This document shows positions 41,769 to 52,516 of a DNA stretch of 64,000 nt, piece after piece; the stretch's first letter is position 1; the number at the start of each line of letters is the position of its first letter. The DNA is from Candidatus Latescibacterota bacterium (GTDB lineage Bacteria > Latescibacterota > UBA2968 > UBA8231), in contig OZ242214.1 of assembly GCA_965206595.1 (NCBI GenBank), forward strand, positions 1,216,001 through 1,280,000. The letters are read 5' to 3'. A program made the translations under genes and the position numbers. A model generated the notes under the pieces. That model saw nothing but the letters and a program-made list of their open reading frames with translations, did no database searches and had not been told where the DNA came from.

Positions 41769-43427
41769 TCATTCAGCTTGGATCTCACCCACTAAACTCC
41801 TGCCGTCTATTTCGATAGTGGGCTTGATATCAAGCCATTCCGCAAATGTCGGTGCAATATCAACAGTTCGTACTTTTGGCGAATGGAAACCTGCCTTTAT
41901 CCCCGCTCCCATAAACACAATTGGCACATGACTATCGTATGTGTATGGCGAGCCATGATTTGTCGGGATATCGTTAAGTAGGTAAAACTCTTTGTAACGC
42001 AAAATGAGATCGCCCGACCTTCCCGGATGATAGCCATTTTCATAGAGATCATAATAGGGACGGCCATTGCTTACTTTTCCTGTCAGCTCTTCCCTGCTGA
42101 AAACGTCCACTACCGAACCAAACTGCTTCAATTTTGGAATCAACAGACGATTGAGTTCTCTAGCACTGATTCCCTTTGATTCTGCGGCGGCATAATTTAC
42201 ATAAATTCCCGGAGACAACCCAAGTATCAGACGCTCAGTAATCTCTAGATACTTAGCACTTTCAATGAATATTTTCTGAATCTCGGCTAATAGCTTTTCA
42301 TCCGAAATACGCTTGGCGTCAAAGCCGCGCCTAGCCAGGTCCTCCACAAGTGGCAACACCCCATGATCACTGCTAAGTGCAACGATATAATTTTCAGAGC
42401 CAATCTGCTGGTCAAGGAAGTCAAGAAATTCTTCCAGATAAATATCCAGTCTTAAAAAATGATCTAAACTCTCCTGGCTCAAGGGTCCAAAGGTGTGGCC
42501 GATTGCATCGGCTGAAGAACACCCAACGAAAAGTAGATCGGGTGATTCATCGGTACCGAGATTTTCATTCTTGATAAGTGTCTTTGCAAACTCCAGGATG
42601 AATTCATCTGCAAATGGCGTGATTTGCAAAGCTTGGTAATATTGCCTATCAGGCTCAGTGCCTTCAAAATTGTGGGGGAAGGTAGTATTTTTGCCATAAT
42701 TTTCAGCGGTAAAACTATCTTCCCGCGCCAGAAAGTAAGTTTCCCCCTGCATCAGCTTTTGCCAGCCAGGTTCAAAAAATTGCTCGACTACCCTGGATTC
42801 ATTGAAATTCTCAACCCAGGCGGGATAAGACTTCAGGTAATATTCCGATGTAATGATATTACCATTATCATTGTTATACCAATAAGCAGCATCAGGCTTT
42901 TTCCCTGCCATCATAACTGCAGAGCCGGATTTTCGAGAAATGGAAAACACTTTGCTTTTCGGCGATTGCATTTTCAGCCAATCCCCCAGAGCTGGTATGA
43001 GCACTTTCACCGGAGAACGCCCTTCACGGGGTTCTTTGTTGGGATAGCCAAGAGGCGGATAGCTGGAATCTTCACCGTACCCGAAAGCGCCACGCTTTTT
43101 TTGGACGCGGTCAAACCAGGAATTTGCCACGATACCATGTCGAGAAGGGTGAGAGCCGGTTGCAATTGTAGCATGTCCCGGTCCGGTCTGAGTCATATAA
43201 TGACCATGATGCGCATTTGTAAAAACAGCGCCTTGATCGAGCAACCGCTTGAAACCGCCCTTATATATACCGGCAAATCGAGAAAGATGGTCGGCGCGCA
43301 TCTGATCGACGACAATCACGACAGCCAGTTTTGGGGGTGTGGACTCTTCGGAGGCTCGTGTTTGAAAACCGTTGGTGAGGAACACAGCTATGAAAAAAAA
43401 GCTTTTGATTACCCAGGCTCGATTCAT
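41769..43427 (-). CDS. Alkaline phosphatase / nucleotide pyrophosphatase family (PafA-like), secreted
   Basis: VVDQMR, TGPGHATIATG, DAIGHTFGP, SSDHG, HGSPYTYDSHVP. Visibly AT-richer than its flanks. Confidence 0.9.
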   Translation of the reverse strand: MNRAWVIKSFFFIAVFLTNGFQTRASEESTPPKLAVVIVVDQMRADHLSRFAGIYKGGFKRLLDQGAVFTNAHHGHYMTQTGPGHATIATGSHPSRHGIVANSWFDRVQKKRGAFGYGEDSSYPPLGYPNKEPREGRSPVKVLIPALGDWLKMQSPKSKVFSISRKSGSAVMMAGKKPDAAYWYNNDNGNIITSEYYLKSYPAWVENFNESRVVEQFFEPGWQKLMQGETYFLAREDSFTAENYGKNTTFPHNFEGTEPDRQYYQALQITPFADEFILEFAKTLIKNENLGTDESPDLLFVGCSSADAIGHTFGPLSQESLDHFLRLDIYLEEFLDFLDQQIGSENYIVALSSDHGVLPLVEDLARRGFDAKRISDEKLLAEIQKIFIESAKYLEITERLILGLSPGIYVNYAAAESKGISARELNRLLIPKLKQFGSVVDVFSREELTGKVSNGRPYYDLYENGYHPGRSGDLILRYKEFYLLNDIPTNHGSPYTYDSHVPIVFMGAGIKAGFHSPKVRTVDIAPTFAEWLDIKPTIEIDGRSLVGEIQAE

Positions 43428-43899
43428 AGGATTTATCCTTGATATGCTTGATCTCAAGCAGAACTCTCAGATCGGGGCGAATTTTCAATTCGAGAGATGA
43501 AACTATCGTTTACCACGCTTGCGTGTCCAGACTGGACTGACGGGGTACACCTCATTGGTCTCCTGACGGCCAGAGCATTTGTTTCGTCTCCAACCGGCCT
43601 GAACCCTTTCTCGATGGTCTGATCCGGTGGTTTAAGGACTGGTAGCGCAACCCACGGTCTGCCCCACCAAACATCACCCCATCCAGGTCATCCGGGGCTT
43701 GGTAGCTCACCGCGATCGCGTCCCTGATCCCCCTCGACGTGGCGTGCGGCCGTATCGCTCCAGCACTTCGAGCCGTGGCCCGAAGAGGTGGAAGACCTGC
43801 ACGGCGACGGTACATCAGCCGCTGGGATCAGGCAGGATTCAAAAACCTGGATGATTCAGCCACACCGGGCTGAGAAGCAGTGGCGGCAGCGGGCGTGGC

Positions 43900-45792
43900 C
43901 TACTCGCCCCCCGCTTTGGGGCCGCGCCGGGCGTGCAGGATGACCATCAGGGAGGAGACGTCCGCCGGGGAGACCCCCGATATCCTGGAGGCCTGCCCGA
44001 GGGTGCGGGGCCGCACCGCGGATAGCTTCTGGCGCGCCTCGGTCGACAGCTTGTCCGCCTCCGCCTCGAAGTCGAAATCGGCCGGTATGGTGAGCTCCTC
44101 GAGGCGCCGTACCTTGGCGACCTCCTGCTGCTGCCGGTCGATGTACCCTTCATACTTGATCTCCGCCTCGACATGCTCGGCGGCGTCGGCTGGCAGGGGC
44201 CGCGGCGGGGGCGACAGCTCGCAGACGTCGTCGTAGCCGAGCTGCGGCCTGCGCAGCAGGTCGGCTAGCAGGGCCGCTTCGGAGATCTTCGCCGTGCCCT
44301 GTCTTTGCAGCACCTCGTTCGTCCTCTCGCCGGGTCGGACGCGCACGCTACGCAGGCGCGCCAGCTCCTCGGCGACGTCCCGCTGCTTGCGTCGGAACCG
44401 GCTCCAGGCGCCGTCTCCCACCATTCCGAAGCGGCGCCCGTGTTCCATCAGCCGGTAGTCGGCGTTGTCCTCGCGCAGCAGCAGGCGGTACTCGGCGCGC
44501 GAGGTGAACATCCGGTAGGGCTCCGGCGTCCCCTTGGTCACCAGGTCGTCGACCAGCACCCCCATGTAGGCCTCGGAGCGCTGCAGCACGAACGGCTCCT
44601 CGCCGCGCGCCTTGAGCACGGCGTTGATGCCGGCGAGCTGGCCTTGGCCCGCGGCTTCCTCGTACCCGGTGGTGCCGTTGATCTGCCCGGCGAAGAAGAG
44701 GGAGTCGACGAGCTTGGTTTCCAGCCATCCGTACAGCTGCGTAGGCGGGGCGTAGTCGTACTCGACGGCGTAGGCAGGGCGCATGATCTCGGCGCGCTCG
44801 AGACCGGGAACGGTGCGCAGGATGTCGTGCTGGAGCTCTTCGGGCAGGCTCATCGACAGGCCGTTGATGTAGAACTCGAGGGTGCGGACCCCCTCCGGCT
44901 CGATGAAGATCTGGTGGCGCTCGCGGTCGGCGAACTTGACGATCTTGTCCTCGATCGAGGGGCAGTAGCGCGGTCCCACCCCCTCGATGCGGCCGCTGTA
45001 CATGGCAGAGCGGCCGAGGTTCTCGCGGATGCGGTCATGCGTTTCGCTGTTGGTGTAGGCGACCCAGCAGGGGAGCTGCGGCAGCGCGGGGCCCTCGCTT
45101 TCGTACGAGAACATCCGCGGGGGCTCGTCGCCCGGTTGCCTCTCGAGGGCGTCGAAGTCGATGCTGCGGCCGTTGACGCGCGGCGGCGTGCCGGTCTTCA
45201 GGCGCCCGATCTCGAACCCGAGGGAGGCGAGACCCTCCGAGGCCCTGTCCGCAGCCGCCTCCCCGGCGCGGCCGGAGCTGTAGCTGTAGTCGCCGACGTG
45301 GATCCTGCCCTTGAGGAACGTTCCCGTGGTCAGGATGACGGTGCGCCCCCGGTAGAGGATTCCCCCCTTGACCCCGACCCCAGTGACGCGGCCGCCTTCG
45401 ACGATCAGGCTCTCCATCATTCCCTGTCGCAGGTCGAGGCGTTCCTGGGCCTCGCAGGTGTACTTCATTTCCAGCTGGTACACTTTCTTGTCGCACTGGG
45501 CGCGGCAGGCGCGCACCGCGGGACCGCGGCTGGTGTTGAGGCGGCGAAACTGGATCCCGGAGCGGTCGGTGTTGGCGGCCATGGCGCCCCCGAGGGCGTC
45601 GATCTCCTTGACCATGTGACCTTTGCCGATACCGCCGATGGCGGGGTTGCACGACATCTGCGCCACGGTGTCGAGATTCATGGTCAGCAGCAGGGTCTCG
45701 GCCCCCATGCGAGCCGCGGCGAGGGCGGCCTCAGTGCCGGCGTGACCGCCGCCGACGACGACGACCTCGTAGGTCTTGGGGTAGGTGCTCAT
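43900..45792 (-). CDS. mnmG: tRNA uridine-5-carboxymethylaminomethyl(34) synthesis enzyme MnmG
   Basis: [63 protein letters not shown]. Confidence 0.98.
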   Translation of the reverse strand: MSTYPKTYEVVVVGGGHAGTEAALAAARMGAETLLLTMNLDTVAQMSCNPAIGGIGKGHMVKEIDALGGAMAANTDRSGIQFRRLNTSRGPAVRACRAQCDKKVYQLEMKYTCEAQERLDLRQGMMESLIVEGGRVTGVGVKGGILYRGRTVILTTGTFLKGRIHVGDYSYSSGRAGEAAADRASEGLASLGFEIGRLKTGTPPRVNGRSIDFDALERQPGDEPPRMFSYESEGPALPQLPCWVAYTNSETHDRIRENLGRSAMYSGRIEGVGPRYCPSIEDKIVKFADRERHQIFIEPEGVRTLEFYINGLSMSLPEELQHDILRTVPGLERAEIMRPAYAVEYDYAPPTQLYGWLETKLVDSLFFAGQINGTTGYEEAAGQGQLAGINAVLKARGEEPFVLQRSEAYMGVLVDDLVTKGTPEPYRMFTSRAEYRLLLREDNADYRLMEHGRRFGMVGDGAWSRFRRKQRDVAEELARLRSVRVRPGERTNEVLQRQGTAKISEAALLADLLRRPQLGYDDVCELSPPPRPLPADAAEHVEAEIKYEGYIDRQQQEVAKVRRLEELTIPADFDFEAEADKLSTEARQKLSAVRPRTLGQASRISGVSPADVSSLMVILHARRGPKAGGE

Positions 45793-46055
45793 GAGTCCCT
45801 GCCGTCAAACTCCTCTTCGAGCTCCAGCACGAGTGCTTCGAGCACTTCCTGCGGGCTGCCGGGCCGCTCCTGCCTGCCGGTCCAGCTCCACTGCTCGAGG
45901 TAGTCGTCGGTGCCCTCGAGCCCCTGCTCCATCGCCGACTGGTCGATCGCCTCCTGGAAGCGGTCGGGCATCTTCCGCGACAGCGGCCGGCGCCCCTCGA
46001 AGACGCGGACCTGGGCGGGAATGTTCTGCCAGTAGAGGATCTGGTAGTGGGCCAT
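45789..46055 (-). CDS. Virulence_fact (CvfA C-terminal-like) small protein, often linked to corrinoid genes
   Basis: [11 protein letters not shown]...[11 protein letters not shown]...DDYLEQW. Confidence 0.8.
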   Translation of the reverse strand: MAHYQILYWQNIPAQVRVFEGRRPLSRKMPDRFQEAIDQSAMEQGLEGTDDYLEQWSWTGRQERPGSPQEVLEALVLELEEEFDGRDS

Positions 46056-46058
46056 CTG

Positions 46059-47069
46059 CTATTGCTCCTGCTGCCGCGGCCAACCGGCTGCGGCCATGGC
46101 TGCGGCGAATCCGCGGATATGGTCGGGGCCGGTTCCGCAGCACCCCCCGACGACCGCGGCGCCGGTGGCGAACAGGGCGGGGACCTCGGCCGCCATCTCT
46201 TCCGGGGTCTGCGAATACACGGTGCGCTGGCGCTCGAGACGGGGCATGCCGGCGTTCGGGAAGGCGATCGTCTTTTTGCGGGCCATGCCGCGGGCGTCCA
46301 TCGCCTCGTTGAGCTGCTCGATGCCGAGCAGGGCGTACGGCATGCCGGTGTGCTCGCGGCGGCGCTGCTCGGCGCCGCAGTTCAGCCCGAGCAGGTCCAC
46401 CGATTCGAGGAGATCGTCGCCGTTGGAGTGCTTCCCCGAGGCGAGGATTTCGAGCAGGTCCCCCGCGGAGTGGCCCCAGTCGGTCCTGTAGACGATCTCC
46501 CGGGTACGGCGGTCCCGGGTGTACTTGTAGGTGAGGCAGAGGGCGACTGGAAGCCCGAAACGGCGCGCCACGTCGACGGCGATCGCCGCTTCGTTGGCGG
46601 AGAACATCGTTTCGATGACGAAGAGGTCTACCCCTTCCTCGGCCAGGGCGGCGGCGACCCGCTGGTGGGCGTCGCGGACCTTGGCGTCCGGGATGCCGAA
46701 ATCGGTGCCGCCGGCATCCGCTTCGATGGCGCCGGGGGAAGGGCCGAGGCTGCCGGCGACATAGATGTCTCGCCCGGCTTCCGAGGCCGCCCGGCGGGCA
46801 TGGGCCGCGGCCAGGGCGGCGATGCGGCCGGCGTCGGCTTCGGGATCGGCCATCTCGAGGTGAAGCGGAGAGCCGACGAAGGTGTTGACGTGGATCATCT
46901 CGGAGCCCGCTTCGATGTAGCGGCGATGGATGTCGAGAACCGCGTCGGGGTGCAGCTGGTTGGCCATGGCGCTGTTCGGCAGCTCGATGCCGCGGGCGAA
47001 CAGCTCGGTGCCGAAGGCGCCGTCGTAGAGGAGTGGACCTTCGTCCAGGCGCTCGAGAAGCGGTTTCAT
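46059..47069 (-). CDS. Homocysteine S-methyltransferase family (stand-alone MetH Hcy domain)
   Basis: DGAFGTEL, GSLGP, IETM, GLNC, PNAGMP, GGCCGTGPDHI. Start is the ATG at 47069 with RBS aggag. Confidence 0.92.
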   Translation of the reverse strand: MKPLLERLDEGPLLYDGAFGTELFARGIELPNSAMANQLHPDAVLDIHRRYIEAGSEMIHVNTFVGSPLHLEMADPEADAGRIAALAAAHARRAASEAGRDIYVAGSLGPSPGAIEADAGGTDFGIPDAKVRDAHQRVAAALAEEGVDLFVIETMFSANEAAIAVDVARRFGLPVALCLTYKYTRDRRTREIVYRTDWGHSAGDLLEILASGKHSNGDDLLESVDLLGLNCGAEQRRREHTGMPYALLGIEQLNEAMDARGMARKKTIAFPNAGMPRLERQRTVYSQTPEEMAAEVPALFATGAAVVGGCCGTGPDHIRGFAAAMAAAGWPRQQEQ

Positions 47070-48142
47070 CTCCTGGGGCGCGGCCTGCGGCGCGGGGGGC
47101 CGCCGTCTCCGAGCTCCCCCTTTCGCCATGCCCGGATGTAACCGGCGCAGTGCTCGTCCCTGCCCATCAGCACGTCCTCGGCCAGCTGGTAGGGACGCGA
47201 ACTGCGGTCGAGGGCGAACACCTTGTCCGGCCGGCTGGTCACCGGGTCGATGATGCCGCTGTCGGCCCCGGCCTCGACCGCGAGCACCATGAAGACGTCG
47301 TTGATCCACTTGCGGCTCGGGATGCCGAATGAAACGTTGCTCAGGCCCCCGGTTATGTGAATGCGGGGGCCGTATTTCTCGCGCAGGCCGCGGATCGCCT
47401 CGAAGCTGTGAAGGCCGAAGCGGCCGTCCACCGAGATCGGGAATATCAGCGGGTCGATGTAGATGTCGCTGTCGGCAATCCCCCTGTCGAAAGCCGCATC
47501 GACCATGCGCGAGGCATTGCCGATGCGCTCCTCGGCGCTCTCCGGCATCCCGGAATCGCCCGCCGCGGTGACGATGACGCCGGCGTCGTGCTCGACGGCG
47601 AGATCGAGGGCCTCGAGGCGCTCGAGCGAGGCGGAGTTGAGCAGCGGCCGCCCCCTGGACTTGTCGCACGCCTCCAGGCCGGTGGCGATGGTCTCGACAT
47701 TGGAGGAATCTACTGACACCGGGATTTCCGACATGCCTTGCACGGTGCGTACGAGCCAGGCCATCGCCGCCTTCTGTTCTTCGAGCTTCAGCGAGATTTC
47801 GTCGACGTTGAGGTCGAGGAAGTCGGCCCCCGCCTGTTCCTGGCGCTGGACCAGCCGCTCAAGGTACTGCATCCCCTCTGCCGCGGGTTCGCCCTCCCCG
47901 GACATTGCCCCCTGCAGGGCGAACTTGACGTGCTTGACGCGCCCTTCTTCGTAATCCTGGGTGCACTTCACCGCCTCGGGAATGGCCAGGCGGCGGCGTT
48001 CGCCCGCAGTCGAAGTGTAGCGCACCGCTTCGCGCCCGTCCGCGTCGGCGGTCACGAGCTTGCCGCGGCGCATCACCACCCGCGTGGTGTGGATGTTCTC
48101 GCCGACGATGATGAAATCGAGATCGGGGTCCTGCAGCTTCAT
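47066..48142 (-). CDS. Pterin-binding methyltetrahydrofolate:corrinoid methyltransferase (AcsE/MetH-pterin-like)
   Basis: IVGENIH, GADFLDLN, SVDSS, LLNS, IYIDPL, GGLSNVSFGIP. Confidence 0.9.
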   Translation of the reverse strand: MKLQDPDLDFIIVGENIHTTRVVMRRGKLVTADADGREAVRYTSTAGERRRLAIPEAVKCTQDYEEGRVKHVKFALQGAMSGEGEPAAEGMQYLERLVQRQEQAGADFLDLNVDEISLKLEEQKAAMAWLVRTVQGMSEIPVSVDSSNVETIATGLEACDKSRGRPLLNSASLERLEALDLAVEHDAGVIVTAAGDSGMPESAEERIGNASRMVDAAFDRGIADSDIYIDPLIFPISVDGRFGLHSFEAIRGLREKYGPRIHITGGLSNVSFGIPSRKWINDVFMVLAVEAGADSGIIDPVTSRPDKVFALDRSSRPYQLAEDVLMGRDEHCAGYIRAWRKGELGDGGPPRRRPRPRR

Positions 48143-48164
48143 TCGCTGTTCCCGGAAAAATGGT

Positions 48165-49781
48165 TCATTCCGCCTGCTGCCCGGAATGGTTCGCGGCGTG
48201 GTGGTCGCGCCCGAGGAAGGTGTTGCCCCAGGCGCTGGTCCCTTCGAGAGTGCCGTCGCGGTAGACGACCGGCCGCTCCAGCATCCCTTCCTCTTCCCCG
48301 TAAGCTTTCAGGCGGTCGTACGCCCGCACCCAGATGCAGTCCTTCTCGCCGACCTCGCACTTGCCGTCGCGGGTACCGCCGCAGGGACCGTTGCGCTGGT
48401 TCTTGACGCACTGCGACTCCGGGCAGAGGAAGGCGATGTCGGGCAGCGAGCAGTCGCCGCAGTCGCGGCAGTCGAAGGCCGGCACCTTGACCGCCTGCTC
48501 GACGGCGTGAAGGAGCCTGCGCGTCCCCGGGCTGTTGTCGGCCGCGGCGAAAAGTTTTTCCCCTGCCTTGAATGCCGGGCGGTCCGGTTCGAACAGAACC
48601 TCGTGGGCGGCACGGTTGAGCTTGTAGGTCAGCGGCACCTGGCGGCGCAGGGCGCGGCGGGCTTCGGGGGTTCGCGAAGCCTCGTACTCGCGGTTGATTT
48701 CGGTGGAGGCGAGTCCGGTCTCCGGGTCGGCCTCGAAGAAGAAGAACTCGTCCGGGGCACCGTAGCGGAAGTCCGCGGCGAAATCCCGCCAGTCGTCGTC
48801 GCCGTAGGAGGCCGTCAGCTCGAGGATGCGCGCGTAATCGTCGTGTTTGAGGTGGCCGCCGAGGTAGGCGCCGCGGTAGCCGAGGCCGCGGGCGACGGCG
48901 CACTGCCTGGCGGCGAATTCGAGAAGGAACTGCTTGCCCTTGTCCCTGCCGCGGGCGTGTCTCTCGACTTCGGCGAGCAGCTCGTCCGACACTACCACTC
49001 CGGGAATGCGGCCGGCGTTGAAGTAGCGCGCCGCGGGTCCGCTGAGGACGTAGACGTTGGCGAGCACCGGAACATTCATCCCCTTGAGCGCCATGTACTT
49101 GACCAGCTCGTCCATCTTGCGGGCGTTGTAGCCGATCTGGTTGATGACGAAGGCGGCCCCGGCCGCGACTTTGCCGGCGAGCTTGAAGTACTGCGGCATG
49201 ACCTCGCTCTCGTGACGCTTGTAGTTGTTGACCACGGCGCCGAGGAAGAAGTCGGTCCGTTTCATGCGCGCCCGGCGGCCCTTGGGAGTCCGGGTTTCAA
49301 GCCCCTGGTTCATGTCGGAGAGCATCTTCAGGAGGCCGACCGAGTCGATGTCGAAGACGCCGCTGGCGCGGCCGCGGAAGCCGTCGGCCGGGTAGTCGCC
49401 TGAGAGGGCGAGAATGCTTTCGAACCCCTCGCTGGCCAACTGCCAGGCGTGGCTCTGCAGGCCGTTGCGGTTCCAGTCCTTGCAGGAGAGGTGGATGATG
49501 ACGTCCTGCCCCCGCGAGAGCAGGTCGAAGCCGAGGGTGTCGGCGCTGAGAACGGCGTTGCCGCCCGGGTTGTCGGTGATGCTCAGGGCGTGGATCCCCG
49601 GCAGGTCGGCGAGGCTGCGGGCCAGCTGCATAACCTTGCTGCCGCCGCGCTCGGTGATGACGCCGCGCGAGTTGACCAGCTCGACGACGGTGGCGAATTC
49701 GCCGGTGTGTTCGAGCAGGTGGCGCAGAGAGCGCTTGTTCCAGGAACCGGCGGCTGCGGTCGCGGTGCTCACCGGCCTCAC
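48165..49781 (-). CDS. metF: Methylenetetrahydrofolate reductase fused to a Cys-rich MTHFR_C (MetV-like) domain
   Basis: ITDNP, HLSCKDWNR, LALSGD, KVAAGAAFVINQ. C-terminal CRDCGDC...CP...CVKNQRNGPCGG...C...CIW. Confidence 0.85.
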   Translation of the reverse strand: MRPVSTATAAAGSWNKRSLRHLLEHTGEFATVVELVNSRGVITERGGSKVMQLARSLADLPGIHALSITDNPGGNAVLSADTLGFDLLSRGQDVIIHLSCKDWNRNGLQSHAWQLASEGFESILALSGDYPADGFRGRASGVFDIDSVGLLKMLSDMNQGLETRTPKGRRARMKRTDFFLGAVVNNYKRHESEVMPQYFKLAGKVAAGAAFVINQIGYNARKMDELVKYMALKGMNVPVLANVYVLSGPAARYFNAGRIPGVVVSDELLAEVERHARGRDKGKQFLLEFAARQCAVARGLGYRGAYLGGHLKHDDYARILELTASYGDDDWRDFAADFRYGAPDEFFFFEADPETGLASTEINREYEASRTPEARRALRRQVPLTYKLNRAAHEVLFEPDRPAFKAGEKLFAAADNSPGTRRLLHAVEQAVKVPAFDCRDCGDCSLPDIAFLCPESQCVKNQRNGPCGGTRDGKCEVGEKDCIWVRAYDRLKAYGEEEGMLERPVVYRDGTLEGTSAWGNTFLGRDHHAANHSGQQAE

Positions 49782-51433
49782 GCTCCCGCGGCGGCCGGCG
49801 CCAGGCGGGCGGGCATCGGTTTGAACTGGCAGCCCTCGACGAAGACCTCGAAGAAGTCGGGGGTCGTCTCGAGTTCGAGGTGCTCGATGTCGTGGACGAG
49901 TGTTTCGATTTGGGCGCGCCGCCGGCGGTTGAGCAGCACCTCCCGGGCCCCCTGGACCGCGGCGTTTCCGACCTTGACGATGCGCTCCCGCGGCACCGGG
50001 GCGAGGAAGCCGATGTCGATGGCGTTGCCGATGTCGATGTAATTGGCGAAACCTCCGGCGAGGTAGAGCCTGGAGATGTCGCCGGGATCGACTCCGAACG
50101 CGCGCAGGGTGATGAACTGCCCGCAGAAATTGGCCGCCTTGGCTTGCGCGAGGTTGCTGGCGTCGTCGCGCGAGAAGGTGATGCCGTGCTCGGGAATCAG
50201 GGTCATCTCCCGCTGCTTCCTGTCCCCGAAGACCCCCATTTCCGTCATCCGTCCGCGGCGCCGCAGCTCGGCGAGGAGATCGACCAGGCCGGAGCCGCAG
50301 ATTCCCTGCGGAGGCAGCCCCCCGATCGTCGTGTACTCGAACTCCCGGCTGCCGTTTGGGGCGAGGCGCAGCGATTCGATCGCCCCCTCGTATCCCGGCA
50401 TGCCGAACTTGACGAGCCCGCCCTCGAAGGCGGGGCCGGCCGGACAGGAGGCGGTCAGCATGCGGCCCCGTCCGGCGACGACGACCTCGGTGTTGGTGCC
50501 GACGTCGACAATCATGGCAGCCTCGTCGGCGTCGCGGTCAATACCGCAGGCGGCGATGGCCGCGGCCGTATCGGCGCCGACGTGGCTGGCGATCAGCGGC
50601 ATGCCGTAGACCTTGGTGTGCAGGTTGGCGCGCAGTCCGAGGCGGCGGGCGTCCGCGACCAGGGCGGTGGTCGGCCTGTTGCCCTCGAGGTAATCCTGCT
50701 CGATCAGCGATTTGTACGGCTTCTGCCCGATGCTCTGCACGTCGAGCTTGAACAGCAGGTCGCGCATGGTCGAGTTGCCGGCGACGACGATCTCGTAGAT
50801 CTCCTGCCGGGCGAACCCGAAGCGCCTGCCCAGCTCGACGATCTCGTGGCTGACCGCGTTGGCCAGGGACCGCTGCAGCTCTCCCCTGAATTCGCCGCCG
50901 TCGTAGGAAATGCGGTGCATGATGTCGCTGCCGCCGAAGCGCTGGGGATTCTCGAAGGATCTCACCGAGACCGTCGCTCCCGATTCCAGGTCGATCAGCT
51001 GCATCACCACCGTGGTGGTGCCGAGGTCGATCGCCAGCCCGTAGAGGTGCCCGCGGTAGGCGTCGACCGGCTCGCCATCGTAGAGCACGTCGACGCCCCG
51101 GCGCGTCACCACCGGGTCGAGGGGGATCTCCTTTTGGACGCCCGCGGTCAGGATCTTCGGCGTCCGCCGTAGCGGGGCGAACTCGACGTCGACGTCGTCG
51201 CGGAGGATCTCGGCCTGGCAGGCGAGGCGGTAGTTGTCGCGCAGGAAGGACTCCGCCTCGGTGGGCTGCGTCAGGGCCTCGATGCCGCTCCTGATCTCGA
51301 CCACGCACTCGTGGCAGTGGCCGGTTCGGTAGCAGGAAGTGGGCACCTGCACGGCGAGCTCGTCGGCGTAGTCGAAGATCGTCCTGCCTGGGGATAGCTC
51401 GGTCCGCATCTGGTCGTGAATCACCGTGGCCAT
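49778..51433 (-). CDS. ATP-dependent reductive activator of corrinoid proteins (RACo/RamA-like, 2Fe-2S plus ASKHA)
   Basis: CYRTGHCHEC...RLACQ, IDLGTTT, VDVGTNTE, AGPAFEG, GICGSG, LAGGFA, GNAA. Confidence 0.92.
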   Translation of the reverse strand: MATVIHDQMRTELSPGRTIFDYADELAVQVPTSCYRTGHCHECVVEIRSGIEALTQPTEAESFLRDNYRLACQAEILRDDVDVEFAPLRRTPKILTAGVQKEIPLDPVVTRRGVDVLYDGEPVDAYRGHLYGLAIDLGTTTVVMQLIDLESGATVSVRSFENPQRFGGSDIMHRISYDGGEFRGELQRSLANAVSHEIVELGRRFGFARQEIYEIVVAGNSTMRDLLFKLDVQSIGQKPYKSLIEQDYLEGNRPTTALVADARRLGLRANLHTKVYGMPLIASHVGADTAAAIAACGIDRDADEAAMIVDVGTNTEVVVAGRGRMLTASCPAGPAFEGGLVKFGMPGYEGAIESLRLAPNGSREFEYTTIGGLPPQGICGSGLVDLLAELRRRGRMTEMGVFGDRKQREMTLIPEHGITFSRDDASNLAQAKAANFCGQFITLRAFGVDPGDISRLYLAGGFANYIDIGNAIDIGFLAPVPRERIVKVGNAAVQGAREVLLNRRRRAQIETLVHDIEHLELETTPDFFEVFVEGCQFKPMPARLAPAAAGA

Positions 51434-51434
51434 G

Positions 51435-51752
51435 TCACCCGCTCCGGCGGCGGTCTCCGGCCTTTCCCCTGATGCGGGAGATCTTGTCCCGGGCCTTCTC
51501 GACGGCCCCGGGGTCGGAGTCCCAGGCGTCGCGGTAGTCGAAACTGCCGTCGTGGCCGCAGATGAGCGGAGACCCTTCGGAGCGCGCCGGCAGCTGGTTG
51601 CGGCAGCGGATCTTCGCCGTGCACTCGTCGTGGCGGTTGCGGTACGGGCAGCGGTAACGCGACTGCTCGTCGGCGTGGGAGACCATGTCGGCGAACAGCC
51701 CGGTGATACGGTCGAGACGCTGTTGGTACTCCTCCTGGGTGATCTTGCGCAT
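51435..51752 (-). CDS. Small Cys-rich hypothetical protein
   Basis: RCPYR...C...CRNQ...C. Tightly packed in the operon. Confidence 0.75.
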   Translation of the reverse strand: MRKITQEEYQQRLDRITGLFADMVSHADEQSRYRCPYRNRHDECTAKIRCRNQLPARSEGSPLICGHDGSFDYRDAWDSDPGAVEKARDKISRIRGKAGDRRRSG

Positions 51753-51764
51753 CGTGCCTTCCGC

Positions 51765-52514
51765 TCAGGCCTTCTCGGCGACCAGCTCCTTGGCGAGGGC
51801 GACGCAGGCCAGGGCGTCCTTGCCGTAGCCGTCTGCCCCCATGTCGTCGGCGAACTCCTGGGTCACCGGCGCTCCGCCGACCATGATCTGCACGTCGTCG
51901 CGCAGATCATGGTCGATGAACGCCTCGATGGTCTTGCCCATGTTCGGCATCGTCGTGGTCAGCAGCGCCGACATCCCGATCAGGGGCGCCCCGTGCTCCT
52001 CGACGGCGTCTATGAATTCATCTCCGGAGGTGTCGACCCCGAGGTCGATGACCTCGAAGCCCGATCCCCGAAGCATCATGATGCAGAGGTTCTTGCCGAT
52101 GTCGTGGAGGTCCCCCTTGACGGTCCCCATGATCACGGTGCCGGCGTTCTCCACGCCCGCGGCCGACAGGATCGGCTCGATGTGGGCCATGCCGGCTTTC
52201 ATGGCCCGCGCGCAGGAGAGCACTTCGGGGACGAAGATGAAGTTCTCCCGGAACTTGATGCCGACGATGCCCATGCCGGCAATGAGGCCGTCGTCCATGA
52301 CTTCGAGCGCCTCGATGCCCTCGTCCAGGGCCTGTTGCGAAAGCCGGTCGACGGTCCCGTGGTCTCCCTCGATCAGGGCCGCGGCGATTTCCTGCATGAG
52401 CGGCCGGGCGGCGGCGAACAGCTCGACGGTGCGCTCGATTTCCTCGGGCCGCTCTACGTATTCCTCGATTTCGAAGCGGATCGTTTCGTTCTGAATGTCG
52501 GACAGTTCAGCCAT
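51765..52514 (-). CDS. Corrinoid (B12-binding) protein
   Basis: GLIAGMGIVG.KF, FVPEVL, GTVKGDLHDIGKN, SALLTTT, MVGGAP. Probable start at 52514. Confidence 0.95.
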   Translation of the reverse strand: MAELSDIQNETIRFEIEEYVERPEEIERTVELFAAARPLMQEIAAALIEGDHGTVDRLSQQALDEGIEALEVMDDGLIAGMGIVGIKFRENFIFVPEVLSCARAMKAGMAHIEPILSAAGVENAGTVIMGTVKGDLHDIGKNLCIMMLRGSGFEVIDLGVDTSGDEFIDAVEEHGAPLIGMSALLTTTMPNMGKTIEAFIDHDLRDDVQIMVGGAPVTQEFADDMGADGYGKDALACVALAKELVAEKA

Positions 52515-52516
52515 CG

